From positions 26,777 to 90,776 of the forward strand of contig JBDHBX010000015.1 in the NCBI GenBank assembly GCA_039592335.1: a DNA stretch of 64,000 nt. The letters run 5' to 3'. The notes beneath the pieces were generated by a model. That model saw nothing but the letters and a program-made list of their open reading frames with translations, had not been told where the DNA came from and searched no databases. This DNA comes from Gemmatimonadota bacterium (GTDB lineage: Bacteria > Gemmatimonadota > Gemmatimonadetes > Gemmatimonadales > GWC2-71-9). Shown here one piece after another: positions 47,456 to 56,650 of the stretch (the first letter of the stretch is position 1; each line of letters opens with the position of its first letter). A program made the translations under genes and the position numbers.

Positions 47456-50400
47456 CTACAGTCGTTCGCACGCCGCCGTCAGTTTCTCGTCCGCGCATTC
47501 ATCGGCAATCTTGCGGGCCTGGCCCGCGAAGTCGAGGGCCCGATCCCACTGATCGCGAGACGCCTCGACCTGCGCGATGCGGAACAGCATCCATCCCTCG
47601 CCATCCCGGTCCTCGAGATCCTTCCGTAGCTGGAGCGAGGCTTCGTATTGCACGAGCGCTTCGTTGGGCTTCCCGATCGCCGCGTACACGTCACCCATCG
47701 TCGCGAGCGAGTGGCCCTCGAGACTCCGCTGCCTCGTTTGGCGGTTGGTTTCCAACGCCTCGTGAAGCGGCTCCAGGGCCTCCTCGAATCGACGGCCGTC
47801 TCGGAGGACCGCGCCGATGCTGTTCAGCACGAGTCCGACATGGACCTGATCGCCACGGTCACGGAAGATCTCCAGTGCGCGCTCGTAGCATGCGAGTGCC
47901 TCGGCGTTGTCCCCCTGCTCCCAACGAATCACGCCGAGTGTATTGAGCAGGTTCCCCTGCTTGGGCGCATCGTCGAGCTCGACGGCCAGGTGCAGCGCAT
48001 CCTGGTACAAGGCGATGACCGCGGCCGCGTCGGTCCCGGTCCGCCGCGTGAGCCGGGCGACGCCTTCCACCGCTTCCATCTCACCGGGCAGATTCTCCCT
48101 GCCCTTCCTTAGAGCCCGCACCTTGCGCCATTCGGTGATCGCGGCTCCGGAATCTCGGAGCTCCTGCTCGTAGATCTCCGCCAGCCGCTGTCGCGTGTCG
48201 CCTTCCAGCGAACGCTCACCCATTCGCTCGAAAACCTCGGCCTTCTCGCGGATGTACGGGAGCGCTTCCCTTGGCCGCCCGAGCGCCAAGAGCAACTCGC
48301 TGAGTCCATGCAGTCCCTGCGTCAGTCCAGTAGCGTACTGGATCTCGCGCATCCGCCGCACCACGTCCTCGTAGATGCGGATGGCCTCCTCCGAGTTGCC
48401 CTGTAGGTGTGTTATGGCTGCCATGGCCGTCAACGTGAACGACGTTTGCCCAACCAGGCGGTGGCGATCCAGGATCGCGAGCCCTTTCTGCAGGTACTCC
48501 ATCGCCTTGTCCAACTCACCCCGCTCGCGATGGATTCCGGCCGCCATGAAGAGGGCGAAATGTGCTCCCACCTCGAGTTTCCCCTCTTGGAAGAGCTGCA
48601 CGGCCTCCTCGTAATGGCGGAGGGCCTCATCGGTTCGTGCAGCGCCCTTCAGGACCGTGCCGAGGTTGTTGAGGTCCTGCGCCACCGCCTCCCAGTCCTT
48701 CCGCTCGCGGTCGATGGCGAGTGCGGCCTCCGCGGCGGCGATGGCCGGCTCGAACTCTCCCTCGTGCCATCCGACAAACCCCATGCTCCGCAGCGCGTTT
48801 CGCTCCCCGACGCGATCCGACAGGGCTCGCCAAATCTCGAGCGAGTTGTCGAGCGCTTCCCGGGCCTCTGCAAACTGCCCGAGTAGCGTGAGAAGATCAC
48901 CCTGCCTGATATATGTCTCGGCGAGTTGACGATCATGCGTTCCCGGTTCGGCCAGCGACAGAAGCTCGTCGATAATCGTGCGCTGTTGATCCCGGTTCCC
49001 CACTGTCTCACACGCTCGCTCCCACGCGAGGAGCACGTCGATCTCTACCTTCCGACGTTCGTCGCTCTCCTCAAGCTTCATGACCCAGCGGTGCACGTTC
49101 TCCAGCATCCGCGACTGATGCGCGAACAGACTCAGATCGCACGCTTTCTCCGCCGCGCGACGCCCATATCGCACGGCCGCGGGCCATCGCTCGGCGATGC
49201 TGAAGTGGTGCGCGAAGATATCCGGTTGCTCTGCGGCGCGATCCGCTTGTACCTCTTCGAGGACCTCGCCAACCAGACCGTGCAACTTCTTACGCTGGTG
49301 CTGCACGAGACTCTCGTACGCCGCTTCCTGCGTGAGCGCATGTTTGAAACGGTATGCCGCCTCCGGGAGTACCCGGACCTGCTGGATCATCCCCAACGAC
49401 TTGAGCGCTTCGAGCGAAGACGGGAGCGCAGTCGCATCGGGAAGTGCCCGCTCGAGAATGTCGCGCGCGAACTCGCGGCCAACCACGGAGGCGAGGCGCA
49501 GGACCTCCCGTGCTTCGGGATCCACCCGATCCAGCCGACTGCGGAGCACTGCCTGCACGGTGTCGGGCAGCTGCAGCGTCTCCACACTCCCCGTCAGGGT
49601 CATCGTCCCCTCCTCCTCCCTGAGCAGGCCCTCCTCCCGCATGGCGTGGCACAGCTCTTCGAGGAAGAAGGGGTTGCCTGCCGTCCGTTCGTGCAGATGC
49701 TGGCCGAGATCGTCCGCGATGCGATCAACCTTCAGGCCCGAGCAGATGACGGCAATCGAAGAAGAAGGCTCGAGCGGACCCAGGCGGATCGTCGTGTGGT
49801 GGTCCACCTGGCCGAGGTCGGGGATTCCCTGCGGACGAGCGGTCACCACAACAAGCAGCGGGTGGGCCACTGCGATGCCCGCCAGTTGCTTGAGCGTCTC
49901 ACGCGACGCCCCATCGGCCCAGTGCCAATCTTCCAGCAGCATGACCACCGGCCGCTGCCTAGACGCCACGGTGAACACGGCCGCGAGTCCCTCCGACATC
50001 GCCAGGCGAAGGTCCTCGCCTTTGAGGTGCTCGAGAGACGCATGCTCCTCGGATTGAATCGAGAGCAGGTGAAGATAGATGGGAATGAAGTCACCGAGAT
50101 CCGGATCGACTGCCCGAATGGCATCAACGACCGATTCCGCCTGGTGCTCGACCCCGTCTCGCAGACCGAGAACGTGCCGCAGTGCCTCGATGAACGGGAG
50201 ATACGGGGTAGTCGCCCCTAACGACTCGCACCGTCCTTCGATGACGTGCACGGCGGCGGGGTCCAAGGTGTGCAGGAACTCGTAACGCAAGCGACTCTTC
50301 CCGACACCAGCGTCGCCCACGACCGACACGACCTGGCCCTCCCCGGTGAGGGATCGCTCGAGACAGCTCTGCAGCGTCCCCATCTGGGCGTCTCGTCCCG

Positions 50401-52117
50401 CGAAACGTGTGAGTCCGTTGCGTTCGGCGCCCTCGAGCCGTGTGCGCACTCCCGACTCTCCGACCACGCGGTGAGGCGTGATCACGGACCCGCCCCCACT
50501 GACCGCAAAGGAACTGAGGGGTTCGGTGGTGAAGAATGGCACCAACAGCCGCTCCGTGTCGGCACTCACGAGCACGTGGTTGGCGGCGGCGTGCTCAGTG
50601 AGCCTGGCGGCAACGCGTACGGCGTCCCCGGCCAGCGCGAATCGCTGGCCCTGGTGACGACTCGGCCGGGCCACCACGAAGCCTGTGCTGATCCCGGTCC
50701 GCACGCCGAGGGCGGATCCCGTCGCATCCCGCAGCTCGTCATTCACGGCTGCGACATACTGCTGGAGCTGGAGCGCCGCGCGCACCGCCCGGTGTGCGTC
50801 GTCCTCGTGTGCCAGGGGCACACCGAAGATCGCCTCCAGCTCCTCGCCGGCAGCACCATTCAACACACCACCGTGTTTGCCCACGATCGCCTCCGCGGCC
50901 AAATGGATGCGATCCATGACGCGCTCGAGGTCGTCGGCATCCAGGTGCTCGACCAGCATCGCATACCCTTCGACGGACGAGTGGAGCACCGTGGCATGCC
51001 GTCGCTCGCTGTCGGTCAAGGGCGGTTCGGGACTCGCGCCCACCACCCCAGGCACCATATCCTGCGGCGCCATCGTGGCGCCCGGTTTCGCGCCCGGCTC
51101 GGACGACTGGCCACAACGGCCGCAGAAGGCCACATCCGGTGCCACAGCGGCACCACAGCTCCCGCACACCTTCTCCAGTGCAGAGCCGCAGCCATCACAG
51201 AAGCGGTGCCCGCAGGGGTTGTCCCGCTCACAACTGGGACAGGAGACCGACAGGACGGCCCCGCCGGCCGAGGGAGCTGGCGCCGCGGCAGACGTGAGTG
51301 CTGCAGCAAATTCCGATGCCGACGCGAACCGATCGGTGGGGGCTTTGGCAAGCGCCTTGGCCACGGCTTGCTCCACGTGGAGCGGCACCCCACTCCGCGC
51401 CGCGCCGATGGGCGCCGGTTCCTGCGTGAGCACCTTGGCAATGACCGCTTGCACGGTGGGCCCCGTGTGGGGGGGAGCGCCGGTCAGTAGCTCGTACAAC
51501 ACGGAGCCCAGCGCGTAGATGTCGCTCGCCGCACCCAAAGACTCGTCTCCGACCGCCTGCTCCGGACTCATGTACTGCGGAGTTCCGACCAGGAGGCCCG
51601 TTGCGGTGAGGCGCTCCTCGTCCACGCCGCTCACCGCCAACGCGATGCCGAAGTCGGTGACGAACACCTGCCCATCACGCAGCAGGATGTTGGCGGGCTT
51701 GATGTCCCGATGGATGACCCCATGCCGGTGGGCGTAGTCGAGCGCCGATGCAATCGCCACCGCATACCCAACGGCCTCATCCACCGCGACCTGCTTTTCC
51801 CCGTCCATCCGCTGCCGCAGCGATTCGCCCTCAACAAACGGCATGACGTAGAAGAGGAGACCGTCGGCTTCCCCCGAATCGAAGAGCGGCAGAATGTTGG
51901 GGTGCTGCAGGTTCGCCGTGACGCGGATCTCGCTGAGAAACCGTTCGGCACCGATTGCGGCCGCGAGGTCGGGGAGGAGCACCTTGAGCGCGACGGGGCG
52001 GTCGTGCTTCAGGTCTCGGGCCAGATACACGATGGCCATGCCGCCACGCCCCACCACGTGCTGCACGGCGTAGCGGTCCGCCACCGCGGTGGCGAGACGC
52101 TCAGTTAGATCGGTCAT
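47456..52117 (-). CDS. 1553-aa multidomain protein: Ser/Thr kinase, double zinc ribbon, degenerate class III cyclase-homology domain, P-loop (AAA_16/STAND-like) NTPase, TPR array
   Basis: Kinase motifs are canonical (aa 1-270). Zinc ribbon CPSCERDNPCGHRFCDGCGS..CGSCGAAV..FCGRCG at aa 293-337. CHD-like aa 370-545. Walker A GDAGVGKS near aa 600. TPR-like repeats run to the C-terminus. Confidence 0.85.
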   Translation of the reverse strand: MTDLTERLATAVADRYAVQHVVGRGGMAIVYLARDLKHDRPVALKVLLPDLAAAIGAERFLSEIRVTANLQHPNILPLFDSGEADGLLFYVMPFVEGESLRQRMDGEKQVAVDEAVGYAVAIASALDYAHRHGVIHRDIKPANILLRDGQVFVTDFGIALAVSGVDEERLTATGLLVGTPQYMSPEQAVGDESLGAASDIYALGSVLYELLTGAPPHTGPTVQAVIAKVLTQEPAPIGAARSGVPLHVEQAVAKALAKAPTDRFASASEFAAALTSAAAPAPSAGGAVLSVSCPSCERDNPCGHRFCDGCGSALEKVCGSCGAAVAPDVAFCGRCGQSSEPGAKPGATMAPQDMVPGVVGASPEPPLTDSERRHATVLHSSVEGYAMLVEHLDADDLERVMDRIHLAAEAIVGKHGGVLNGAAGEELEAIFGVPLAHEDDAHRAVRAALQLQQYVAAVNDELRDATGSALGVRTGISTGFVVARPSRHQGQRFALAGDAVRVAARLTEHAAANHVLVSADTERLLVPFFTTEPLSSFAVSGGGSVITPHRVVGESGVRTRLEGAERNGLTRFAGRDAQMGTLQSCLERSLTGEGQVVSVVGDAGVGKSRLRYEFLHTLDPAAVHVIEGRCESLGATTPYLPFIEALRHVLGLRDGVEHQAESVVDAIRAVDPDLGDFIPIYLHLLSIQSEEHASLEHLKGEDLRLAMSEGLAAVFTVASRQRPVVMLLEDWHWADGASRETLKQLAGIAVAHPLLVVVTARPQGIPDLGQVDHHTTIRLGPLEPSSSIAVICSGLKVDRIADDLGQHLHERTAGNPFFLEELCHAMREEGLLREEEGTMTLTGSVETLQLPDTVQAVLRSRLDRVDPEAREVLRLASVVGREFARDILERALPDATALPSSLEALKSLGMIQQVRVLPEAAYRFKHALTQEAAYESLVQHQRKKLHGLVGEVLEEVQADRAAEQPDIFAHHFSIAERWPAAVRYGRRAAEKACDLSLFAHQSRMLENVHRWVMKLEESDERRKVEIDVLLAWERACETVGNRDQQRTIIDELLSLAEPGTHDRQLAETYIRQGDLLTLLGQFAEAREALDNSLEIWRALSDRVGERNALRSMGFVGWHEGEFEPAIAAAEAALAIDRERKDWEAVAQDLNNLGTVLKGAARTDEALRHYEEAVQLFQEGKLEVGAHFALFMAAGIHRERGELDKAMEYLQKGLAILDRHRLVGQTSFTLTAMAAITHLQGNSEEAIRIYEDVVRRMREIQYATGLTQGLHGLSELLLALGRPREALPYIREKAEVFERMGERSLEGDTRQRLAEIYEQELRDSGAAITEWRKVRALRKGRENLPGEMEAVEGVARLTRRTGTDAAAVIALYQDALHLAVELDDAPKQGNLLNTLGVIRWEQGDNAEALACYERALEIFRDRGDQVHVGLVLNSIGAVLRDGRRFEEALEPLHEALETNRQTRQRSLEGHSLATMGDVYAAIGKPNEALVQYEASLQLRKDLEDRDGEGWMLFRIAQVEASRDQWDRALDFAGQARKIADECADEKLTAACERL

Positions 52118-52313
52118 GGGGTTCTTCCAGGGCGGATCCGCAAGCCGAGTAATTTAGTCTGATTTCGGGCGTTGGGAAGCTCCAGCATGGGCCGCGTCAC
52201 TCGGGCCTACAAGGCGGCGGCGCGGCTCCCGCTCCTTAAGCTCTTGTCATTACTTGTCTTGCCTGGTCCGTGTCCGCCCCGGTGGGCGCCCGGGCGGTTC
52301 GAGCATTCAGGAC

Positions 52314-53078
52314 CTACCTTCTGCGGATCTTCCCCAGCGCTTCGCTGGCGGCCCTTCGGACCTTGACGTCAGAATCGTCCTGAGCCTGGAGCAACGCGTC
52401 GAGGGCTCGAGGGTCTCCCAGCTCCCCTAGCCCGATGGCGGCGTGCATCCGCATGAGGGCGCTCGGGTCCTGCAGCGCATCCAGGAGCGGCTCCAACGCA
52501 CGCGAGTCGCCCGACAGCCCCAAACCGTGGGCGGCGTGGGCTCGAACCTCTTCGATGTCACGGCCGTGCATGGTCTCCAGCAGCACATCGTAGGACCGAG
52601 GATCCCCCAGCTGGCCCAGCGCAACGGCGGCATGCTCCCGCACCCGTGGATCCGGATCGTTCCGCATCACTTCGGCGAGCGGGTCGCTCGCCCGCGCGTC
52701 TCCCAGCAAGCCGAGGGCGGCGCAGGCGTGCTCGCGGACGTCGGCATCCCGATCATTGCGAATGACTTCGATGAGAGGGGGTACGGCGCGCCGGTCGCCC
52801 AGCCGCCCCAGGGCGGTGGCCGCGTGCTCCCGCATGTCCGGATCTTCCATCTTGAGCATGCGGAGCAGCGTTTCCAGGTCGTTCGCGACGCCCCGCAGTC
52901 TCGCAGCCTCGACTGCACGCGCGATCTCGGCCGACGATAGCGGTTGGCCCGCAGGTGCAACGGCGCCCCTCCCGGGGCTGAAGGCCAGCTGCGACAATAC
53001 CAGTGCAACGCCGGCCAGAGTGACAGTGGCGTGATTCGACATGGTCGGTTCCCCCCTGTCCTTCATCGGTCGTCTCAC
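52314..53078 (-). CDS. HEAT-repeat (PBS-lyase-like) protein, about six tandem units
   Basis: Units of about 31 aa, such as DPDMREHAATALGRLGDRRAVPPLIEVIRN / DRDADVREHACAALGLLGDARASDPLAEVMRN. N-terminal signal-like segment. The start could be one of several Met codons (53078-53054). Confidence 0.8.
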   Translation of the reverse strand: MRRPMKDRGEPTMSNHATVTLAGVALVLSQLAFSPGRGAVAPAGQPLSSAEIARAVEAARLRGVANDLETLLRMLKMEDPDMREHAATALGRLGDRRAVPPLIEVIRNDRDADVREHACAALGLLGDARASDPLAEVMRNDPDPRVREHAAVALGQLGDPRSYDVLLETMHGRDIEEVRAHAAHGLGLSGDSRALEPLLDALQDPSALMRMHAAIGLGELGDPRALDALLQAQDDSDVKVRRAASEALGKIRRR

Positions 53079-53500
53079 TGAGTACGATGCGATGAGGCGG
53101 GGAATCGTTGCAGCGGGACGTACCGGGGGACACCTCCATCCACCGTAACGAGGCGGCTCACGTGTATCCCTCCTGTTCGCGCTACGGCGTGGTCACGAGC
53201 TCTCACCCGCGCGTGGCTCCAGCGCTTTGGGTTCCTCCCCCCGCTGCTGCGTGAGCATGCGCTCGGTGAAGTCGAGACGCTCGTGGTAGTCCTCAAGCAG
53301 TTGGGCCTGGTCCGTTGCGAACTCCGATAGCTGCTCGACACGCTGCTCTCACCCTCGCATTCACTACGAGAGGGGCGAGAGAGCGGTTTCCGCCTCGCGC
53401 CGCCACGGCGTAGGTGGTGACCGGCGTCACATTCGCGCGCTCCAGCAGGGCAGATCTTCTTGTCCCCTAACTCTTCACACGCCGAAGCAGTCGCCAGCGG

Positions 53501-55459
53501 GTGCCTCTCGTGCCAGTACCAGCCATCGCCATTCACGGATCAGGGGACCGCTCGGAAATCGCGCGAGCCGTCGACGGCAACTTTAAAGATTCCACCCTGT
53601 ACGACCGGGTGGTCACCCTGGCCTTCGACTGGGGCACGGTAACTCCCGAGTCGAGCTACAAGGGAGCCCACGACCTGTACCGCTTCCTCAAGCGGCACGC
53701 CGCCAATATCGGGGCGGCGTCCCGCGTGGGGCTGGACTTCGGACTCCACTCCCTCGAACGGTTGGTGGGCGCCTTGCAGGTCCAAGTGCATCGGCTGCTC
53801 CAGGCGGTGCTGTCGGCGCTGGTGGCGATGCTGTTCGCCACGCTGGTGGCCAAACTCGTGGTCCTGGCGCCGGCGGCGTGGCTCGGTCTGCCTACGATCA
53901 CGCTCTCACCCATGCGGTGGCTGGCCACGGCCGTGAGCTGGACGCAGGTCGCGCTTGCCGCCGGGATCACGCTATTGATCGCGCTCGCCGGGTTGCGCCT
54001 GCTGCTCACCATGTCCGCGCGGCCGGTCGCCGTCACGTTTCGCAGCATCGTCCTCCTGTTGCTGCAGCCGGTGCTGGTCATCACGCTCGGCGCCTTCGCT
54101 GCAGCGTGGTGGCTGCTGTTGGCAATCTTCACCTTCCTCGTTGTCTTGTCGTATTTCGCTGCAGGCGTCGCCGCGGCGTTGCTCTGGGCCGGTGCTCTCG
54201 CTGCCGTGATCACGCTACGCATGCTCTGGGCGCGCGGATCACTGCCCGGGCCACTCAAAGTGGCGCTCGAAGCCTTCCGGTACCTCGGTGAGCCACGGTA
54301 CCGGGAACGAATCCAGCAGGCTTTGGACAAGGCGATCGTGCAGGCGCGGACACGCATCGGCAACGAGCAGGACTTCGTGCTGGTCGCCCAGGGCATCGGA
54401 ACGGTGATCGCCCTCGATTCCGTCTCGCACTCGCGCGTCTGGAGAAAGACAGATCGCGTGCTGCTCGTGACGATGGGCTCGCCGCTCAGGCGGTGGTTCC
54501 TGACGCTCTATCCAGGTACCCTCTTCCCCGAGCGCATGGAGAGCGTGGTCGACTTCGTCGTGCGACGCCTGAGCGAGCTTCGGTGGGTCAACATCTACCG
54601 CCCGTGGGATTACCTGGGCGCCGCGCTCGACCTGAAGCCCTTTAGCGGGCGGGACATAACGACGGGGATCGGCCAGCAGCGCTTCTTCGGTCATACCGAC
54701 TATTGGCGCGATATTGACGCCCGAAGAACGTTCCAGCACGGCCTGCTCCGGCTCAAGAACGTGAAGCCGCGTCCCGTGGCGCGGAGGGAGTCGGTTCACG
54801 AGCTGCCCAAACCGCGAGGCGCCGCCGAATTCCGCATCCCCGCGCTCGCGCGCACACTGCTCAGGACCGGGGTGGTGCTCGCCACCGTCGGATGGATGCT
54901 CTGGTGGGTGGCGACGGGCTCCGGCGTGCTCGTGTCGGGGGTCGAGGGCCCGTCCGAACTGCTCGAGCGGCGGGGCGTCGTGGTCGAAGCCGCTGTCACC
55001 CATCGCCGCGAAACCGTGGAGAATAACCTGGGTGTGACGTACGTGGACCACTGGGTGTTCGCGTTCAGGGATTCGAGCGGGGTGGCGCGGCGCCTCAAGG
55101 TCGAGCGCGACGCTAGCGATGCCCACCTCGGTATTGCCCCCCCCGGCTTCGACCCCCGCACGCTCACCCGCCGGATCCGCGCCGCGTGCAGCGACACCTG
55201 GCCCCCGGATTGGTGGCCGATGGGAAACGTGCAGGCAAGCTGCACCCTGGAGGGCGTCCGGCTGCGGTACTACACGGGAGACCTGGCCGTGCTCGACCTT
55301 CCGGACTTCCAGCCGCGGCGGTTCGGGAGAGAGCCGGTCCGGGGATGGACTGAGGCCGGTGTCGCTGCGGCCATGCTCTCGGTGCTGGTCCTGATTCCCT
55401 TTGTGCTGGGACTCAGGGTGTTCGGCGTGCTCCTCGGACTTAGTCGTGTTCCCTCCTGA
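53501..55459 (+). CDS. Large polytopic membrane protein with an alpha/beta-hydrolase-like scaffold (nucleophile apparently absent)
   Basis: GTG start, 652 aa. It has 5-6 TM segments at aa 100-260 and 2 near the C-terminus. FVLVAQGIGTVIALDS stands where GHSxG would be, followed by NIYRPWDYLG and FFGHTDYW. The family call is tentative. Confidence 0.5.
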   Translation: MPLVPVPAIAIHGSGDRSEIARAVDGNFKDSTLYDRVVTLAFDWGTVTPESSYKGAHDLYRFLKRHAANIGAASRVGLDFGLHSLERLVGALQVQVHRLLQAVLSALVAMLFATLVAKLVVLAPAAWLGLPTITLSPMRWLATAVSWTQVALAAGITLLIALAGLRLLLTMSARPVAVTFRSIVLLLLQPVLVITLGAFAAAWWLLLAIFTFLVVLSYFAAGVAAALLWAGALAAVITLRMLWARGSLPGPLKVALEAFRYLGEPRYRERIQQALDKAIVQARTRIGNEQDFVLVAQGIGTVIALDSVSHSRVWRKTDRVLLVTMGSPLRRWFLTLYPGTLFPERMESVVDFVVRRLSELRWVNIYRPWDYLGAALDLKPFSGRDITTGIGQQRFFGHTDYWRDIDARRTFQHGLLRLKNVKPRPVARRESVHELPKPRGAAEFRIPALARTLLRTGVVLATVGWMLWWVATGSGVLVSGVEGPSELLERRGVVVEAAVTHRRETVENNLGVTYVDHWVFAFRDSSGVARRLKVERDASDAHLGIAPPGFDPRTLTRRIRAACSDTWPPDWWPMGNVQASCTLEGVRLRYYTGDLAVLDLPDFQPRRFGREPVRGWTEAGVAAAMLSVLVLIPFVLGLRVFGVLLGLSRVPS

Positions 55460-55521
55460 AGACAACAGCGCCCGGCACTGGGCCGGGCGCTCGATGTCAG
55501 ACTGCTGCTACCTCGCGCTCA

Positions 55522-56016
55522 TTACCGCATAGAGTAGGAGCCCTCCCACACACCCAAGTTTCCTTCCTCGAACGGCGCGGTCACCCGCCATGTGCCGGTG
55601 CCTGTGATGCCAGCGAACTTCCCGAATCCCGCGAAATACCCGAAGCTGCCGCACAGAGTGGGGCAGTCCGCCGTGCCCGCCGTGTCCATACGCCACCAGA
55701 AGGAGGCGCCGTCACCGTCGACGTCCTTGCCGTAGCAGGAGCCACTGGCAGCCACGGGATTGCCGTCGGCGGACATCAGGAATTGCCCAACACAGTCCGC
55801 GGTCTGGTTGTTGAGCGGATGGTCCGGATCGTCCGCGAAGGTGACCTGATGGTAGTGGTTCACGTCGATGCTGCGCCCGTCCGGCAATTCGGTGGTCTGC
55901 GTGGAGATGTTGCGCGTGCCGAATCGGCCTGTGGCCGTGCCCGACTGCTGGGCCACCAGCGCCGTGGGGGCGCCCAGGAGCAGAATCAAGCTCGCGCAAA
56001 TGCGTCGTTGCTGCAT
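55522..56016 (-). CDS. Hypothetical secreted protein
   Basis: From ATG 56016: MQQRRICASLILLLGAPTALVAQQ signal peptide. Cys-containing, Gly-rich body. Confidence 0.45.
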   Translation of the reverse strand: MQQRRICASLILLLGAPTALVAQQSGTATGRFGTRNISTQTTELPDGRSIDVNHYHQVTFADDPDHPLNNQTADCVGQFLMSADGNPVAASGSCYGKDVDGDGASFWWRMDTAGTADCPTLCGSFGYFAGFGKFAGITGTGTWRVTAPFEEGNLGVWEGSYSMR

Positions 56017-56294
56017 ATCCGACCTCCGGCGTGTGGTGAGTGTCGATGTCCAATGAGGCCGTTGAGTGAGCCCTGCGGACACCTTATCAGATGAAGCGTG
56101 TGTCAGGCGGGCGCCCGACCGATGGCCGGCAGGGTATTGCGGAAAGACCAGCGTCCGTGCAGCGAGGGCGCCGTTCGCCAGCAAGGCCTACTCGTCAACG
56201 GCGGAGCGGGAGGAACATCCGCCAATTTCGATCGGGCATACTGCTTCCCGAAGGATGGTCTGTCAAGGAATGGTTACCCTGGTCAACGGATACG

Positions 56295-56588
56295 TCAGGC
56301 GACTCTGAAGATCTCGCGCTTCCCGCCGGTCACGTGTTCGGTGTACCCGCTCATCGCCTCCCCCAAACCGGGGTTCTTGGCGCGCCCTTCGAGGATGTCG
56401 AAGTAGGTGCTCACCGAATCCACTTCCATCTCCACCGCGACGGTCCACGTGGTCGCGACAGCGTCCGGCAAGACGCGGAGGTTCTTGGGCCCCATGGCCT
56501 CGAAATGTGGGATCGCGGCCTTGAGCTTCTCGATCAGCTGCTTACCCTGGCCGGGTTTCGCGTACATGGTGTTCCGGATTACGTACAT
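56295..56588 (-). CDS. Small ferredoxin-fold (Dabb/ABM-like) protein, tentative
   Basis: 97 aa with a beta-alpha-beta-like pattern. It is the last gene of the HK / receiver-flavoprotein string. Confidence 0.35.
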   Translation of the reverse strand: MYVIRNTMYAKPGQGKQLIEKLKAAIPHFEAMGPKNLRVLPDAVATTWTVAVEMEVDSVSTYFDILEGRAKNPGLGEAMSGYTEHVTGGKREIFRVA

Positions 56589-56650
56589 CGTGGTCCTCCG
56601 TGACTATCCGTGGGAGCGACGTGAAGAGGTGACACGGCCGCGGTGCAGGG

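Noticed and set aside
53075-53536. 153-aa ORF on the minus strand in the HEAT / membrane-protein intergenic region.
   Set aside because: Its composition is rich in Arg, Ser and Cys and shows no motifs. It overlaps the start of the 53501 gene and another frame with a better-looking relic. I treat it as spurious.
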